Origin: Bacteroidia bacterium
GTDB lineage: Bacteria > Bacteroidota > Bacteroidia > M30B66
DNA length: 64,000 nt
Reading direction: 5' to 3'
Assembly: GCA_965279035.1 (NCBI GenBank)
Contig: OZ257142.1
Span: forward strand, 2,336,001 to 2,400,000
This document shows positions 29,238 through 39,187 of this stretch, piece after piece. The translations under genes and the position numbers were made by a program. Within the stretch, counting starts at the first letter, position 1, and each line of letters begins with the position of its first letter. The notes below the pieces were generated by a model. It worked only from the letters and a program-made list of their open reading frames with translations, was not told the DNA's origin and did not search any database.

Positions 29238-29456
29238 TTATTCGGTTGAAGCCAAAACTTCGACTTTCAATTTCCCAAATTCCACAATCATTCCTGCACG
29301 AATCTTATTTCGTTTGCGGTATTCAAATTCCCCATTCACTTTGATCTCACCATTTTCAATCAATTGATTTGCATGTCCGCCCGATTCGGCCCATTGCATC
29401 AATTTGAGCAGTTTATTTAATTCGATGTATTCTTGACTTAATTCAAATTGCTTCAT
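29238..29456 (-). CDS. S4-domain RNA-binding protein (YaaA/YbcJ-like)
   Basis: YIEL.KLLK....ESGG.A...I..G...VNGE.E.RKR.K. Confidence 0.9.
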   Translation of the reverse strand: MKQFELSQEYIELNKLLKLMQWAESGGHANQLIENGEIKVNGEFEYRKRNKIRAGMIVEFGKLKVEVLASTE

Positions 29457-29473
29457 AAGGATAGGTTGAAAAT

Positions 29474-29506
29474 AAAAAGGAGGAACATGATGATCAAGTT
29501 CCTCCT
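29474..29506 (-). terminator. Intrinsic terminator after ndk
   Basis: AGGAGGAAC...GTTCCTCCT stem followed by a U-run on the minus strand. Confidence 0.75.
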
Positions 29507-29527
29507 GAATTTTATAAATGAAATTGA

Positions 29528-29947
29528 TTAGAAACGCTCGAATTGATTAAAGAAGAAATTTCCTTCAATGATTGCATTTTCATCGCTATCAGATCCATGA
29601 ACGGCATTTGCATCAATAGATTTTGCAAACAAAGCACGAATAGTTCCATGTGCTGCTTTTGATGGATCTGTTGCTCCAATTAATTCTCTGAAATCAGCAA
29701 CAGCATTTTCTTTTTCAAGGATAGCAGCTACGATTGGACCTGATGACATAAAAGCGACCAATTCACCATAAAATCCACGCTCGCTATGTACAGCGTAAAA
29801 TTTACCAGCAACTTCAGGGCTAAGTTGAGTGTATTTCATAGCACGGATTACAAATCCAGCTTCATTGATTTTCTGTAGAATTGCTCCGATGTTGTTGTTT
29901 TGAACCGCATCCGGTTTAAGCATCGTGAATGTTACTGTACCAGCCAT
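29528..29947 (-). CDS. ndk: Nucleoside diphosphate kinase
   Basis: [25 protein letters not shown]. Promoter box TATTTTTG on the minus strand at 29980-29987. Confidence 0.97.
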   Translation of the reverse strand: MAGTVTFTMLKPDAVQNNNIGAILQKINEAGFVIRAMKYTQLSPEVAGKFYAVHSERGFYGELVAFMSSGPIVAAILEKENAVADFRELIGATDPSKAAHGTIRALFAKSIDANAVHGSDSDENAIIEGNFFFNQFERF

Positions 29948-30049
29948 TTCTTCAATTGTATTTTATGAATTTATGGGCGCAAAAATAGAAAAAAGGTGCT
30001 TCCGAAAAACCGGAAACACCTTTCATTTCATGATTTCGTAAAATTAGTT

Positions 30050-30865
30050 TTACATCTCTGCAATCAATGCCTTGAATATAGCTGTCATCTTTACTTCCGC
30101 TTTGGATGCAGCTGCAATCACATCTTCGTGAGTAACTTCTACAATGCGTCCTTCAACACCAATGTCAGTAATCACTGAAACGGCAAAACAAGGTAATGAC
30201 ATATGACGTGCAGCAATCACTTCCGGCACGGTCGACATACCAACGGCATCACCACCAATAATCCGCATGTACTTGTATTCGGCAGGAGTTTCGAAGCATG
30301 GACCACTTACACTAACGTAAACACCTTCATGTACTTTATATCCTAAATTACCTGCGATTGTATGAGCTTTCGCGATTATTTTCTTGTCGTATGGTTCACT
30401 CATGTCTGGAAAGCGCGGACCAAGTTCTTTCACATTTTTTCCCATCAGGGGATTATTAGGTAAAAGATTAATATGATCATTCAAAATCATCACATCACCA
30501 ATTTCAAAAGCAGGATTAACACCTCCACTTGCATTACTTAATAAAAGTGTCGAAATACCTAGATACTTCATTACTCGAACTGGAAAAACTACCTGTTGCA
30601 TCGAATAGCCTTCGTAATAATGAAAGCGACCTTGCATGACAATTACTGGACGAGAAGAAATATATCCAAAGATTAATTTTCCGCTATGTCCTTCAACTGT
30701 AGAAACAGGGAAGTGTGGGATTTCCTCGTAAGAAAGAGTGAAACGAATATCTATTTCAGATACCAAACCTCCTAAACCGGTTCCTAAAATGATTCCACAT
30801 ACGGGTTGAAAATCATTGGTCTTTTCTCGGATATACCGGACTGTTTCATGAATTTGTTCTAACAT
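30050..30865 (-). CDS. punA: Purine nucleoside phosphorylase (trimeric type)
   Basis: ILGTGLG, STVEGH, GRFHYYEGY, GPCFETPAE, VGMSTVPE. Confidence 0.93.
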   Translation of the reverse strand: MLEQIHETVRYIREKTNDFQPVCGIILGTGLGGLVSEIDIRFTLSYEEIPHFPVSTVEGHSGKLIFGYISSRPVIVMQGRFHYYEGYSMQQVVFPVRVMKYLGISTLLLSNASGGVNPAFEIGDVMILNDHINLLPNNPLMGKNVKELGPRFPDMSEPYDKKIIAKAHTIAGNLGYKVHEGVYVSVSGPCFETPAEYKYMRIIGGDAVGMSTVPEVIAARHMSLPCFAVSVITDIGVEGRIVEVTHEDVIAAASKAEVKMTAIFKALIAEM

Positions 30866-31871
30866 AATCTAAAATAAGTGCGTTGAATTGTTCTTTATTT
30901 TCGAATTCAGTTTCTACTGGAATTTCTAACCACTTGCGTTTTTCATCTTCTTCAAGAAGTGGTTCAATGCGACCCCGATCTTTACTTGTTGTGATAAACA
31001 ACGGACTGATTGGGGCAAACATAAGTATATTTTTTTGCATCAAATCCAGATCAAGCCGTTTGAAATTATAATGGTCAGGAAACTTTTGATGATGGATTAT
31101 TGTTGCAATTTCTGATAAATCCTTTTTCAATTTTGCAGGCTTAGCAATACCTGTTACTAGGTACAAAGAACATTTATTTATTTCCTCCAATGAAAGTTCT
31201 TCTCCTGAAAATCGTTTGATTTTACCATACTTCAAGCGACTAAAATAAACGGAGATTCCGTTGAATAGTGTTTCTGAAATATGCCGTTTGACTTTCATGT
31301 CAAACACATCAGGGCATTTGGTTATAACGACAACATTTGCCTTTTTTCTTCTCATCCATAGATCACGTTCATCGCCAGCAGGCAATAAAAAATGGGGTTT
31401 TACAATTGAATCGTAATCAAATAAGAGAATGGAGAAGCCTGGATTGAGTCTTCTATGTTGGAATGCATCATCAAGAAGAATTACTCCTGGGTCATTCTCT
31501 TTTAAAATCTGATTTATTCCTTCCACCCGATCTTCGCATACTGCAACAAGAGTATATCTTAGTGCTTTTTTAAATAGAAGTGGTTCATCACCCGAATCAC
31601 TAACTTGATCATCTATTTGCACCCATTTAAAACCTTTGGTATTTCGCCCATATCCGCGACTAAGTAGGGCAGGAGAGTAGTTTCTTAATAATTGAGCTAA
31701 ATAAATTGTTAGTGGTGTTTTTCCTGTTCCCCCAGTACTTAAATTTCCAACAACTAGAACAGGTTTGTTAAATTTAACTGAATGCAAAATTCCTATATCA
31801 TAGGCCCAATGACGAATCATTAAAATGAAACCGTAAATCCATGAAAAAGGAAGAAGTAGCAATCTCCACAT
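30846..31871 (-). CDS. lpxK: Tetraacyldisaccharide 4'-kinase
   Basis: VGNLSTGGTGKTP, LSRGYG, GDEP, LDDAFQH, GIA, FPDH. Confidence 0.95.
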   Translation of the reverse strand: MWRLLLLPFSWIYGFILMIRHWAYDIGILHSVKFNKPVLVVGNLSTGGTGKTPLTIYLAQLLRNYSPALLSRGYGRNTKGFKWVQIDDQVSDSGDEPLLFKKALRYTLVAVCEDRVEGINQILKENDPGVILLDDAFQHRRLNPGFSILLFDYDSIVKPHFLLPAGDERDLWMRRKKANVVVITKCPDVFDMKVKRHISETLFNGISVYFSRLKYGKIKRFSGEELSLEEINKCSLYLVTGIAKPAKLKKDLSEIATIIHHQKFPDHYNFKRLDLDLMQKNILMFAPISPLFITTSKDRGRIEPLLEEDEKRKWLEIPVETEFENKEQFNALILDYVRTNS

Positions 31872-31876
31872 GCCGC

Positions 31877-31900
31877 CGAAAGTACAAAATCCTACATTTG
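31877..31900. promoter_or_regulatory. Back-to-back -7 promoter boxes for lpxK and the Nif3-like gene
   Basis: TACATTTG (+) at 31893-31900 and TACTTTCG (-) at 31877-31884 within a 45-bp divergent gap. Confidence 0.55.
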
Positions 31901-31916
31901 AACCCTTTTATATACA

Positions 31917-33008
31917 ATGAAGATTCAACAAATAATTCAGCTACTCGAAGAATGGGCGCCCAAAGCGCTTCAAGAATCCTACGATAATGCTGGTTTAATA
32001 ACGGGTAATAGTCAAGATGAATGCAAGGGGACATTGATCTGTCTTGATTCAACTGAGGCCGTTGTTCATGAAGCAATTGAAAAGGGGTGTAACCTTATCG
32101 TTGCTCATCATCCAATTGTTTTCTCTGGATTGAAACGCTTCACTGGCGATACCTATATCGAAAGAACCTTATTATTAGCTATTCTGCATAACATTGCCAT
32201 CTATGCTATACATACGAATCTCGATAATGTGAATTCGGGTGTGAGTCAAGAAATGGCCAATCGATTAGGTTTAATTAATACTCGAATTCTACAACCTAAA
32301 TCGAATATGCTATTAAAGCTTGTCACATATGTCCCAGAATCGTACTTAGAACTAGTGATGCAAGCAGTTTTTAATGCAGGGGCGGGTGCGATTGGAAATT
32401 ATGATGAATGTTCATTTCAAATGCAAGGCTTGGGGACTTTCAGACCAAATAAAGTAGCTAAACCATTTATAGGAGAAGCTGGCATTCGTCAACAAGAAAA
32501 TGAAACGAGGATTGAATTTATTGCTCCTTCATGGAAACAAGCATCGGTCATGAATGCTTTGATTCAAGCACATCCGTATGAAGAGGTTGCTTATGAATGG
32601 ATTAAACTTGAAAATAGTTTGCAAACCAATGGTGCTGGAATAGTAGGTGAATTGCCAGATGCCTTATCTCCGAAAGAAGTTTTGAATAAAATAAAAGCTG
32701 TTTTTGGAGGCATGATCAGATACACTTCCTTGGGACAAGAGAAAATAAAACGAATTGCCTTATGTGGAGGATCTGGAAGTTTTCTTTTGAAAGATGCTAT
32801 TCAATCTAAGGCTGATCTTTTCCTAACATCCGACTTTAAATACCATCAATTTTTTGATGCTGAAGACAAAATAGTGATAGCAGATATCGGACACTTTGAA
32901 AGTGAGCAGTTTACAATGGAACTTATTCATAGGTATCTGAATCAAAAAATTTCTAACTTTGCCGGCTGTTTAACTACGATTTCGACCAATCCTATTCACT
33001 ATCTCTGA
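31917..33008 (+). CDS. Nif3-like dinuclear metal centre protein (YqfO type, with PII-like insert)
   Basis: DNAGL, AHHP, HTNLD, HPYEEVAY, CGGSG, GHFESE. Confidence 0.93.
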   Translation: MKIQQIIQLLEEWAPKALQESYDNAGLITGNSQDECKGTLICLDSTEAVVHEAIEKGCNLIVAHHPIVFSGLKRFTGDTYIERTLLLAILHNIAIYAIHTNLDNVNSGVSQEMANRLGLINTRILQPKSNMLLKLVTYVPESYLELVMQAVFNAGAGAIGNYDECSFQMQGLGTFRPNKVAKPFIGEAGIRQQENETRIEFIAPSWKQASVMNALIQAHPYEEVAYEWIKLENSLQTNGAGIVGELPDALSPKEVLNKIKAVFGGMIRYTSLGQEKIKRIALCGGSGSFLLKDAIQSKADLFLTSDFKYHQFFDAEDKIVIADIGHFESEQFTMELIHRYLNQKISNFAGCLTTISTNPIHYL

Positions 33009-33013
33009 CATAC

Positions 33014-33784
33014 ATGAGCGCAACACTTCCAGCAGAAACCAAATCAGAAATTTCAGTAGAAGAAAAACTGCGGGCACTTTATAAGCTTCAGTTAGTCGAT
33101 ACCCAAATCGACAAAATACGTATTGTACGTGGCGAATTGCCATTAGAAGTTCAAGATTTAGAGGATGAACTTATTGGTTTGGATACTCGAATTAATAATC
33201 TTCAGTCTGAAGTAAAACAATTAGAAGATTCGATTAACGACAAGAAAAATGCGATTAAAGAATCTCTATCACTAATTGCTAAGTATGAATCACAGCAAGG
33301 AAATGTGAGGAATAATCGTGAGTTCGATTCAATCAATAAAGAAATAGAATACCAAACATTGGATATTCAACTTTCTGAAAAACGAATGAAAGAATTCAAA
33401 GCTAGTATTGATGCTAAGTCTGAATTAATCGTTACTTCTAAAAATAATTTAGAAGAGAGAACAAAAGATTTAGAGCATAAAAAATCTGAATTAGCTGATA
33501 TCGTTGCTGAAACTGAAAAAGACGAGAAAAAACTTGTTGATGAATCTGAAAAAGCAGCAAAACATATCGAAGAACGCCTTTTTGCAGCATACAAGCGCAT
33601 TCGTTCAAATGCCATTAATGGATTGGCTGTAGTTACAATTCAACGTGATTCTTGTGGTGGTTGCTTCAATCATATTCCACCTCAACGTCAAATGGATATT
33701 CGTTTACGTAAAAAAATCATCGTATGTGAATATTGTGGTCGATTATTAGTCGATCCAGAAATTGCAGCTGAAACTACAGTTTAA
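33014..33784 (+). CDS. Coiled-coil protein with C4 zinc ribbon (CT398/DUF164-like)
   Basis: Long coiled coil, CGGC...CEYCGR. Conserved neighbour of the Nif3-like gene. Confidence 0.88.
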   Translation: MSATLPAETKSEISVEEKLRALYKLQLVDTQIDKIRIVRGELPLEVQDLEDELIGLDTRINNLQSEVKQLEDSINDKKNAIKESLSLIAKYESQQGNVRNNREFDSINKEIEYQTLDIQLSEKRMKEFKASIDAKSELIVTSKNNLEERTKDLEHKKSELADIVAETEKDEKKLVDESEKAAKHIEERLFAAYKRIRSNAINGLAVVTIQRDSCGGCFNHIPPQRQMDIRLRKKIIVCEYCGRLLVDPEIAAETTV

Positions 33785-33805
33785 TCTGTAAGCGATAGTA
33801 TCTTT

Positions 33806-33836
33806 GAAGGGAATCCATTTTGGTTTCCCTTTTTTT
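33806..33836 (+). terminator. Intrinsic terminator
   Basis: GAAGGGAA-t-CCA-ttt-TGG-t-TTCCCT followed by a T-run. Confidence 0.65.
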
Positions 33837-35312
33837 ATGCGTTTAATTTTCATTTTATATCTCATCTTAAATACTGGTTTGTTTCTAAAAGCCGAAGGTG
33901 ATTTTGTATTATCTGAAAAAATAATTGACGCTTATAAATCAACCATTCGATTTGATTTAAATACAACACATAATTTATTAACGGAAGAACGGAAAATTCA
34001 TCCTGGAAACGGGTTCTCTTACCTCATTGATAATTATGCTGATTTTATCAAAGTCTTTGTTGAAGATGATCCTATTGAATATCGAAAAGCACTCGCCAAG
34101 AGAGAACAACGAATTAAGAACTTGGAATTGTGTGATAATCAATCTCCGTATAAACGTTATTGCCTAGCTGAAATATATTTACAATGGTCATTTCTTCGGT
34201 TTCAACAAGATGAAAAAACAAAATCAGCAAATGATCTTCGAAAAGCTGCTTCATTCCTAAACGAAAATCAAAAACGCTTTCCTTCATTTATACTCAATAA
34301 AAAGGGGCTTTCTATTATTCATATACTCTCTGGAAGTATCCCCGATAATTTGAAGTGGCTTGCTCAATTAGCTGGAATTTCGGGTAATGTGGATCAAGGT
34401 CGCATCGAATTAAATTCTGTTATTTCTTGGACACGCGATAAATCGGAATTTAATTTTCTACTTCCGGAATTGTTGTTTTATTCTCAATTGCTAAGTGTAC
34501 AATTGCTTGATGATCAATCGTGTTTGTTAATTTCTCAAACCAAAGATTCACTCTTCTCTAAAGAACCATTAATCCAATATATCGATATTCTCGTTTCTCA
34601 AAAAAAACAAAACTCTAAATCTGTAATTGAGCTGATTAAAAAATTTCCACAGAGTACAACGGGAGTTCAGTTATGTTTTTTGAGTTATTTGTCGGAAGAA
34701 GCACGTTTAAATCTCGGACTCGCTGATGAGCTTGGGTTTCAGAAATTTATTACATGTTCCCAAGGGAAACATTTTAAACATGCAGCAATCCGCAAAATTG
34801 CATGGCAGTATTTATTACAAGGAAATACACGAGCCTACCATTCAAAAATGGAAATGTTATTATCCTTGGATAAACCTAAAACGGAAGAAGATAAACAGGC
34901 ATTCCGTGAAGCTCATTCTAAAACGATCCCGAATATTCACCTTTTACGTGCTCGACTCGATTTTGATGGAGGGAATTCCACTATTGCTATTCAGTCATTA
35001 CTAAAATTGGATTTAAAAAATCGGGATATTTTATTTTTAACCGAATATGCTTATCGATTAGGTAGATGCTATCATTGGTTAAACAATGAGAAGGAAGCAT
35101 TGAAATGGTATGAAATGACAATCAGAAGTGGAGCACAAATTCCAGAATATTACGCAGCTTCAGCATCCTATCAAATGGGTAAAATATATATCAACCAAAA
35201 TAAATTGAAAGAAGCAAAAGCGGCATTAATTCAAGTAAGCAAATTTCCCGAACACGCTTATAAAAGTAGTCTCGATACGAAAGCAAAAACAGCTTTAAAA
35301 AAAATCCAATAG
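33837..35312 (+). CDS. Secreted tetratricopeptide-repeat protein
   Basis: Signal peptide from ATG 33837, RARL.FDGG motif and C-terminal TPRs (YAYRLGRCY, ASYQMGKIY). Confidence 0.75.
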   Translation: MRLIFILYLILNTGLFLKAEGDFVLSEKIIDAYKSTIRFDLNTTHNLLTEERKIHPGNGFSYLIDNYADFIKVFVEDDPIEYRKALAKREQRIKNLELCDNQSPYKRYCLAEIYLQWSFLRFQQDEKTKSANDLRKAASFLNENQKRFPSFILNKKGLSIIHILSGSIPDNLKWLAQLAGISGNVDQGRIELNSVISWTRDKSEFNFLLPELLFYSQLLSVQLLDDQSCLLISQTKDSLFSKEPLIQYIDILVSQKKQNSKSVIELIKKFPQSTTGVQLCFLSYLSEEARLNLGLADELGFQKFITCSQGKHFKHAAIRKIAWQYLLQGNTRAYHSKMEMLLSLDKPKTEEDKQAFREAHSKTIPNIHLLRARLDFDGGNSTIAIQSLLKLDLKNRDILFLTEYAYRLGRCYHWLNNEKEALKWYEMTIRSGAQIPEYYAASASYQMGKIYINQNKLKEAKAALIQVSKFPEHAYKSSLDTKAKTALKKIQ

Positions 35313-35318
35313 AATTAA

Positions 35319-36770
35319 CTAGAAACGAGTCCCTATGGTAAATACAACATTGTGTCGGTTAGCTGTCAATGCTACTGGTTGAACCTGAACTAGATTGGGA
35401 TTGTAGGGATAATAGTTTTTATGCTGTTGACTATATACATAGGCTAAATCCATAAAAAAGTCATGATCTCGATATCCTCCACCTAAGGAAAATGTTTTAA
35501 TACTTTGATCAATCGTTGAAACAGAATAAGGATTTCCAATCAATTGAAAACCTCCTCTTAAATACATATCTGAAAAACGTGCTTCTGCACCAATTCTTAA
35601 ATTACCTGTAGATTGAAGTCGAGTTGAAATAGCCGTATTCGTATTATCAAATAGTCCAGTATTTTCAACCAATTTGCTTTGAGAATAATTGACCATTTCA
35701 TAATCAGCAGAAATAATACCTTGTTTACCCAAAATAAATGCAGCACTTGCAGTGATACGTGCAGGTTGTCTTAATTTATATTTATAAGTTCCATTTATAA
35801 TTCCAGGAGAATAATCACCAGTAGATAAACTAGAAGTCAAGTCATACGAATAGTCTGAATTAATAGTATAATCAAGCGGAACAAAGGCAGAAGCTCCTAA
35901 TCGAAGGAAATCAGATACTCTGTAAATTGCTCCAACTCTTAATGCTATTGATGTTGCTTTATCTGTTAGTGTGCGTGTATAAACGAGATTATTAAAACTT
36001 GGTATAGAATCTAGATCATCTCGTTCGGTATAGGTATTCGTTTGTTCATAAACAATCCTTCTTAAAGCAAGTGTAGCTCCTAAATACAGGCGATTACTAT
36101 AGTTTCCAGCAAAAGCAATATCAGTTTCACCTGTTCTCCCTCTTCCTTCAATTGTTCCTCTTTGTGTAATTTTTCCTGAAGAAGGACCTAATAAACTAAC
36201 ATAACTTGTATTTCCTGATGAATCTGTTACCGGATCAATTAAATAACTATTATATGCTAAATTAATATCTGAATTAGATGGTGGAGCAGGAATTCCATAA
36301 GCAGATGCTGCAAATGCATTCACAATAGAATTCGATGGATTATATCCTCTATATGTCCATTGTTCGGATAAATTATTGTTCTTATTATAACCAATGGCAA
36401 AGGTCGACCCCATCCATCCTTTTGTTTTCAGTCTATTCGGAGCAGGAGTATGAATGACCAAATGGAAATTTGTCAAATTGAAATTGAATTTCCTATCTGT
36501 TTCTGGTGTTCCGTAATAGTTTGTTTTCCCGGAAAAATTGAAAATGGAAGGAGAAACTGCGAATTCAGATTGTCGATATAGTCCTAATCCGGCTGGATTT
36601 GTCGATGCATTAGAAAAATCTGCTCCAACAGCGCCAGTGGCACCGCCCATTCCAAGAGCTAGAGCAGTGCCACCAGTATTAGTTTGAGAATACCGAACAA
36701 CATCATCAATATTTTGAGCAAATGATGATGTTGCCCATGCAATAATTGACATTAAAACTAATTTCTTCAT
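35319..36770 (-). CDS. OmpP1/FadL-family outer-membrane beta-barrel
   Basis: GTA....MGGA.GA.GAD......NPAGLG.Y N-terminal hatch motif; terminal VFTIGTRF. Confidence 0.85.
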   Translation of the reverse strand: MKKLVLMSIIAWATSSFAQNIDDVVRYSQTNTGGTALALGMGGATGAVGADFSNASTNPAGLGLYRQSEFAVSPSIFNFSGKTNYYGTPETDRKFNFNLTNFHLVIHTPAPNRLKTKGWMGSTFAIGYNKNNNLSEQWTYRGYNPSNSIVNAFAASAYGIPAPPSNSDINLAYNSYLIDPVTDSSGNTSYVSLLGPSSGKITQRGTIEGRGRTGETDIAFAGNYSNRLYLGATLALRRIVYEQTNTYTERDDLDSIPSFNNLVYTRTLTDKATSIALRVGAIYRVSDFLRLGASAFVPLDYTINSDYSYDLTSSLSTGDYSPGIINGTYKYKLRQPARITASAAFILGKQGIISADYEMVNYSQSKLVENTGLFDNTNTAISTRLQSTGNLRIGAEARFSDMYLRGGFQLIGNPYSVSTIDQSIKTFSLGGGYRDHDFFMDLAYVYSQQHKNYYPYNPNLVQVQPVALTANRHNVVFTIGTRF

Positions 36771-36779
36771 CGCGTTAGA

Positions 36780-39074
36780 TTATCTACGTGGAGATGACAT
36801 ATGTCCGCCACCATTTCCTCCTCCTGATCGAACTCCTCCACCAGACCCACCAAAACTACCTCCATGAGATGGAGATGATTGTCTTGGAGCTTCCATTCTA
36901 GGTGATGATTGTGGAGATTGATATTGTTGGTGAGGAGCTGATTGAGGAGCTTGAAATTGCTGACGAGGAGCTGATTGAGGATAATTTTGCTGAGGTGCCT
37001 GTTGATAGCTGTTTCTTGGAGCTTGTGGGGCTTGTTGATACGAATTATTTCGAGGTGTCTCGTATTGCTGATTGTTTTGAGGTGCCTGATAACTATTTCG
37101 TGGTTGCTGATATTGTTGATTATTGTTCGAAGGCTGCTGCTGGTTTTGAGGAGCTTGATAATTATTTCGCGGTTGTTGATATTGCTGATAATTATTCGAA
37201 GGCTGCTGCTGATTTTGAGGAGCTTGATAATTATTTCGCGGTTGTTGATATTGCTGATAATTATTCGAAGGCTGCTGCTGATTTTGAGGAGCTTGATAAT
37301 TATTTCGTGGCTGTTGATATTGCTGATAATTATTCGTAGGCTGTTGTTGATTTTGTGGAGCCTGATAATTATTTCGAGGTTGCTGATAATTGTTCGCCGG
37401 CTGTTGTTGACCTTGAGAAGAAGGTTGAGTAGATCCGGAAGGTGTTTGATTATTCCGCATACCATTTATTTGTTCTTGCGAACGAATAGGTTCAGGCTGT
37501 TGATTTCGAACCGCTGGGCTAGAATAAATAGAAGGATCAATATTAGCAGGACGACTTATTGAAGGAGTATTATCACTTCTTTCTTTGGGTTGATTAATAG
37601 GTGCGCTACTGTATGAACTTGCAACAGAAGGTTTAGAATTTCCATCTTGACGTATAACACCACTATTGATCAAATCTTGTTTTCCAGTTTGAGAAGGAAC
37701 TTCAGTAGCAGGTTTTGGAGCGCTTGTAAAATTAGATGCTTGTGGATTTTTACCACCTGATGCTGAAATCGAATTCGTTTGATTTTTAATGGCTTCATTA
37801 GATTTTACTGGGGAATTGCTTAATGCATCCGTTTTTACATTTCCATTGGTTGAGCCATTTTTAACTGCATTATTCCCTTGAAGACTTGAGTTCGAGATAT
37901 TATCTGACTTATTCGGTTGAAGGCTTGTTGCTTCTTTAATTTCACCTGAAGTAATTTGAGGTTTACCAGTTAAATTTTTTGTTTCAGTTTTTACAGGGAC
38001 AGAACTAATCTGATCTTTTTCAGTTCCAGCTTTACTTATTGTTGGATTTACTGGCGATTTACCAGGATTTACATTCGTAGCTGATACAGACGAATTAATA
38101 GAGCTAGCAGAAATTGGTTTTACTGAATTCTTGCTTTCTAATGAACTTAAAGAAACACTTTGTCCAATCTCTTTAGAAAAAACTGATGATAAATCATTTC
38201 CCGATTTATAACTACTTCCACCATTCGATCCTGCAGTATTAGGACCGTAATTCACTACAGTTGAATTATTATATGTATTGTTATCATAACTGTTATAATA
38301 TACTGGGTTATACATCATATTATTATAGAGCATAATATTTGAATAACCATACATGTTATTCATTCCATAATATCCCCAAGGACTATAGCTGTATGGATTA
38401 TAGCTAAATGGTGAACACCATGGATTATATCCCCAAGTATTCCATCTCCAGGGATTGTTGAACATGTAATAAGGATTTGAATATCCCATTCCATAGTTCA
38501 TATAAAATCCAGAATAGGAATTCCAGCCAAAATTTAATCCAGAACCTCCCCAACTATTGTATCCCCAAGGAACATAGGGATTATAAAAACCATAGGTAGA
38601 GTAAATGCTATTTCCAAAATACATTGGATTATAATTGTAAAAATATTGATTGGTATAATAAGGATTATAATATCCTAAACCTGAATTGTAGTTTCGGTGA
38701 AATCTACGGATACGTGATGTATACATGTAATCGTAATAATTATCCATGTCATAATCATTGCCATAATAATTATTGGTGATATTCCCTCCATTATTTGAGG
38801 GGTTTTGTGTATAGTTAGAAGAATTAGGATCAGAATAACGTTGATAGTTATCATCAGAAGATTGATCCTGATTGGAATCTGTTGTTTGAGGATAACTGCT
38901 TGAATTTTGCGGTTCGTTTTTAATTAATTTTCGGGCCGCTCGACGTTCGTGATTTGCATCTGCAAGAGAGTAATATCTATCGTCAGATTCTGGGTTATGA
39001 CTGCTTCGGTTTGTGTTGCAGGAAGTACCAAATGCTATTAGTACGATGCCTGTTAAATAGGTCAAAAGTTTCAT
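36780..39074 (-). CDS. Low-complexity lipoprotein: Y/N/G-rich segment, S/N-rich linker, Q/N/Y tandem repeats, Gly-rich end
   Basis: ATG 39074 gives signal MKLLTYL...FGTSC (lipobox). Conserved-looking DDRYY and Y.Y.SRIRRF motifs. Ends 9 bp before the FadL-type gene. Confidence 0.75.
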   Translation of the reverse strand: MKLLTYLTGIVLIAFGTSCNTNRSSHNPESDDRYYSLADANHERRAARKLIKNEPQNSSSYPQTTDSNQDQSSDDNYQRYSDPNSSNYTQNPSNNGGNITNNYYGNDYDMDNYYDYMYTSRIRRFHRNYNSGLGYYNPYYTNQYFYNYNPMYFGNSIYSTYGFYNPYVPWGYNSWGGSGLNFGWNSYSGFYMNYGMGYSNPYYMFNNPWRWNTWGYNPWCSPFSYNPYSYSPWGYYGMNNMYGYSNIMLYNNMMYNPVYYNSYDNNTYNNSTVVNYGPNTAGSNGGSSYKSGNDLSSVFSKEIGQSVSLSSLESKNSVKPISASSINSSVSATNVNPGKSPVNPTISKAGTEKDQISSVPVKTETKNLTGKPQITSGEIKEATSLQPNKSDNISNSSLQGNNAVKNGSTNGNVKTDALSNSPVKSNEAIKNQTNSISASGGKNPQASNFTSAPKPATEVPSQTGKQDLINSGVIRQDGNSKPSVASSYSSAPINQPKERSDNTPSISRPANIDPSIYSSPAVRNQQPEPIRSQEQINGMRNNQTPSGSTQPSSQGQQQPANNYQQPRNNYQAPQNQQQPTNNYQQYQQPRNNYQAPQNQQQPSNNYQQYQQPRNNYQAPQNQQQPSNNYQQYQQPRNNYQAPQNQQQPSNNNQQYQQPRNSYQAPQNNQQYETPRNNSYQQAPQAPRNSYQQAPQQNYPQSAPRQQFQAPQSAPHQQYQSPQSSPRMEAPRQSSPSHGGSFGGSGGGVRSGGGNGGGHMSSPRR
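37062..37385 (-). repeat. 69-bp in-frame tandem repeat, 4 full copies plus 1 partial
   Basis: Unit encodes QQPRNNYQAPQNQQQPSNNYQQY (23 aa). Full copies span 37110-37385. Confidence 0.92.
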
Positions 39075-39187
39075 AGGACCTTGTTTTTGGAATGTAGAGC
39101 TGATCATAGGATCAAAGGCTTGAGTGAATTGTATTATTTTTACCGCAACATTTTTCGCAGTTTTCAAATACCATACCAAAAAAGACA

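Noticed and set aside
37062-37385. Regular repeats resembling a CRISPR array
   Set aside because: Units are contiguous, in frame and lack unique spacers; no cas genes in the window.
36767-37562. Alternative-frame and antisense ORFs (232, 145 and 195 aa) over the Q/N/Y repeat
   Set aside because: Shadow ORFs created by the stop-poor 69-bp repeat inside the real lipoprotein gene.
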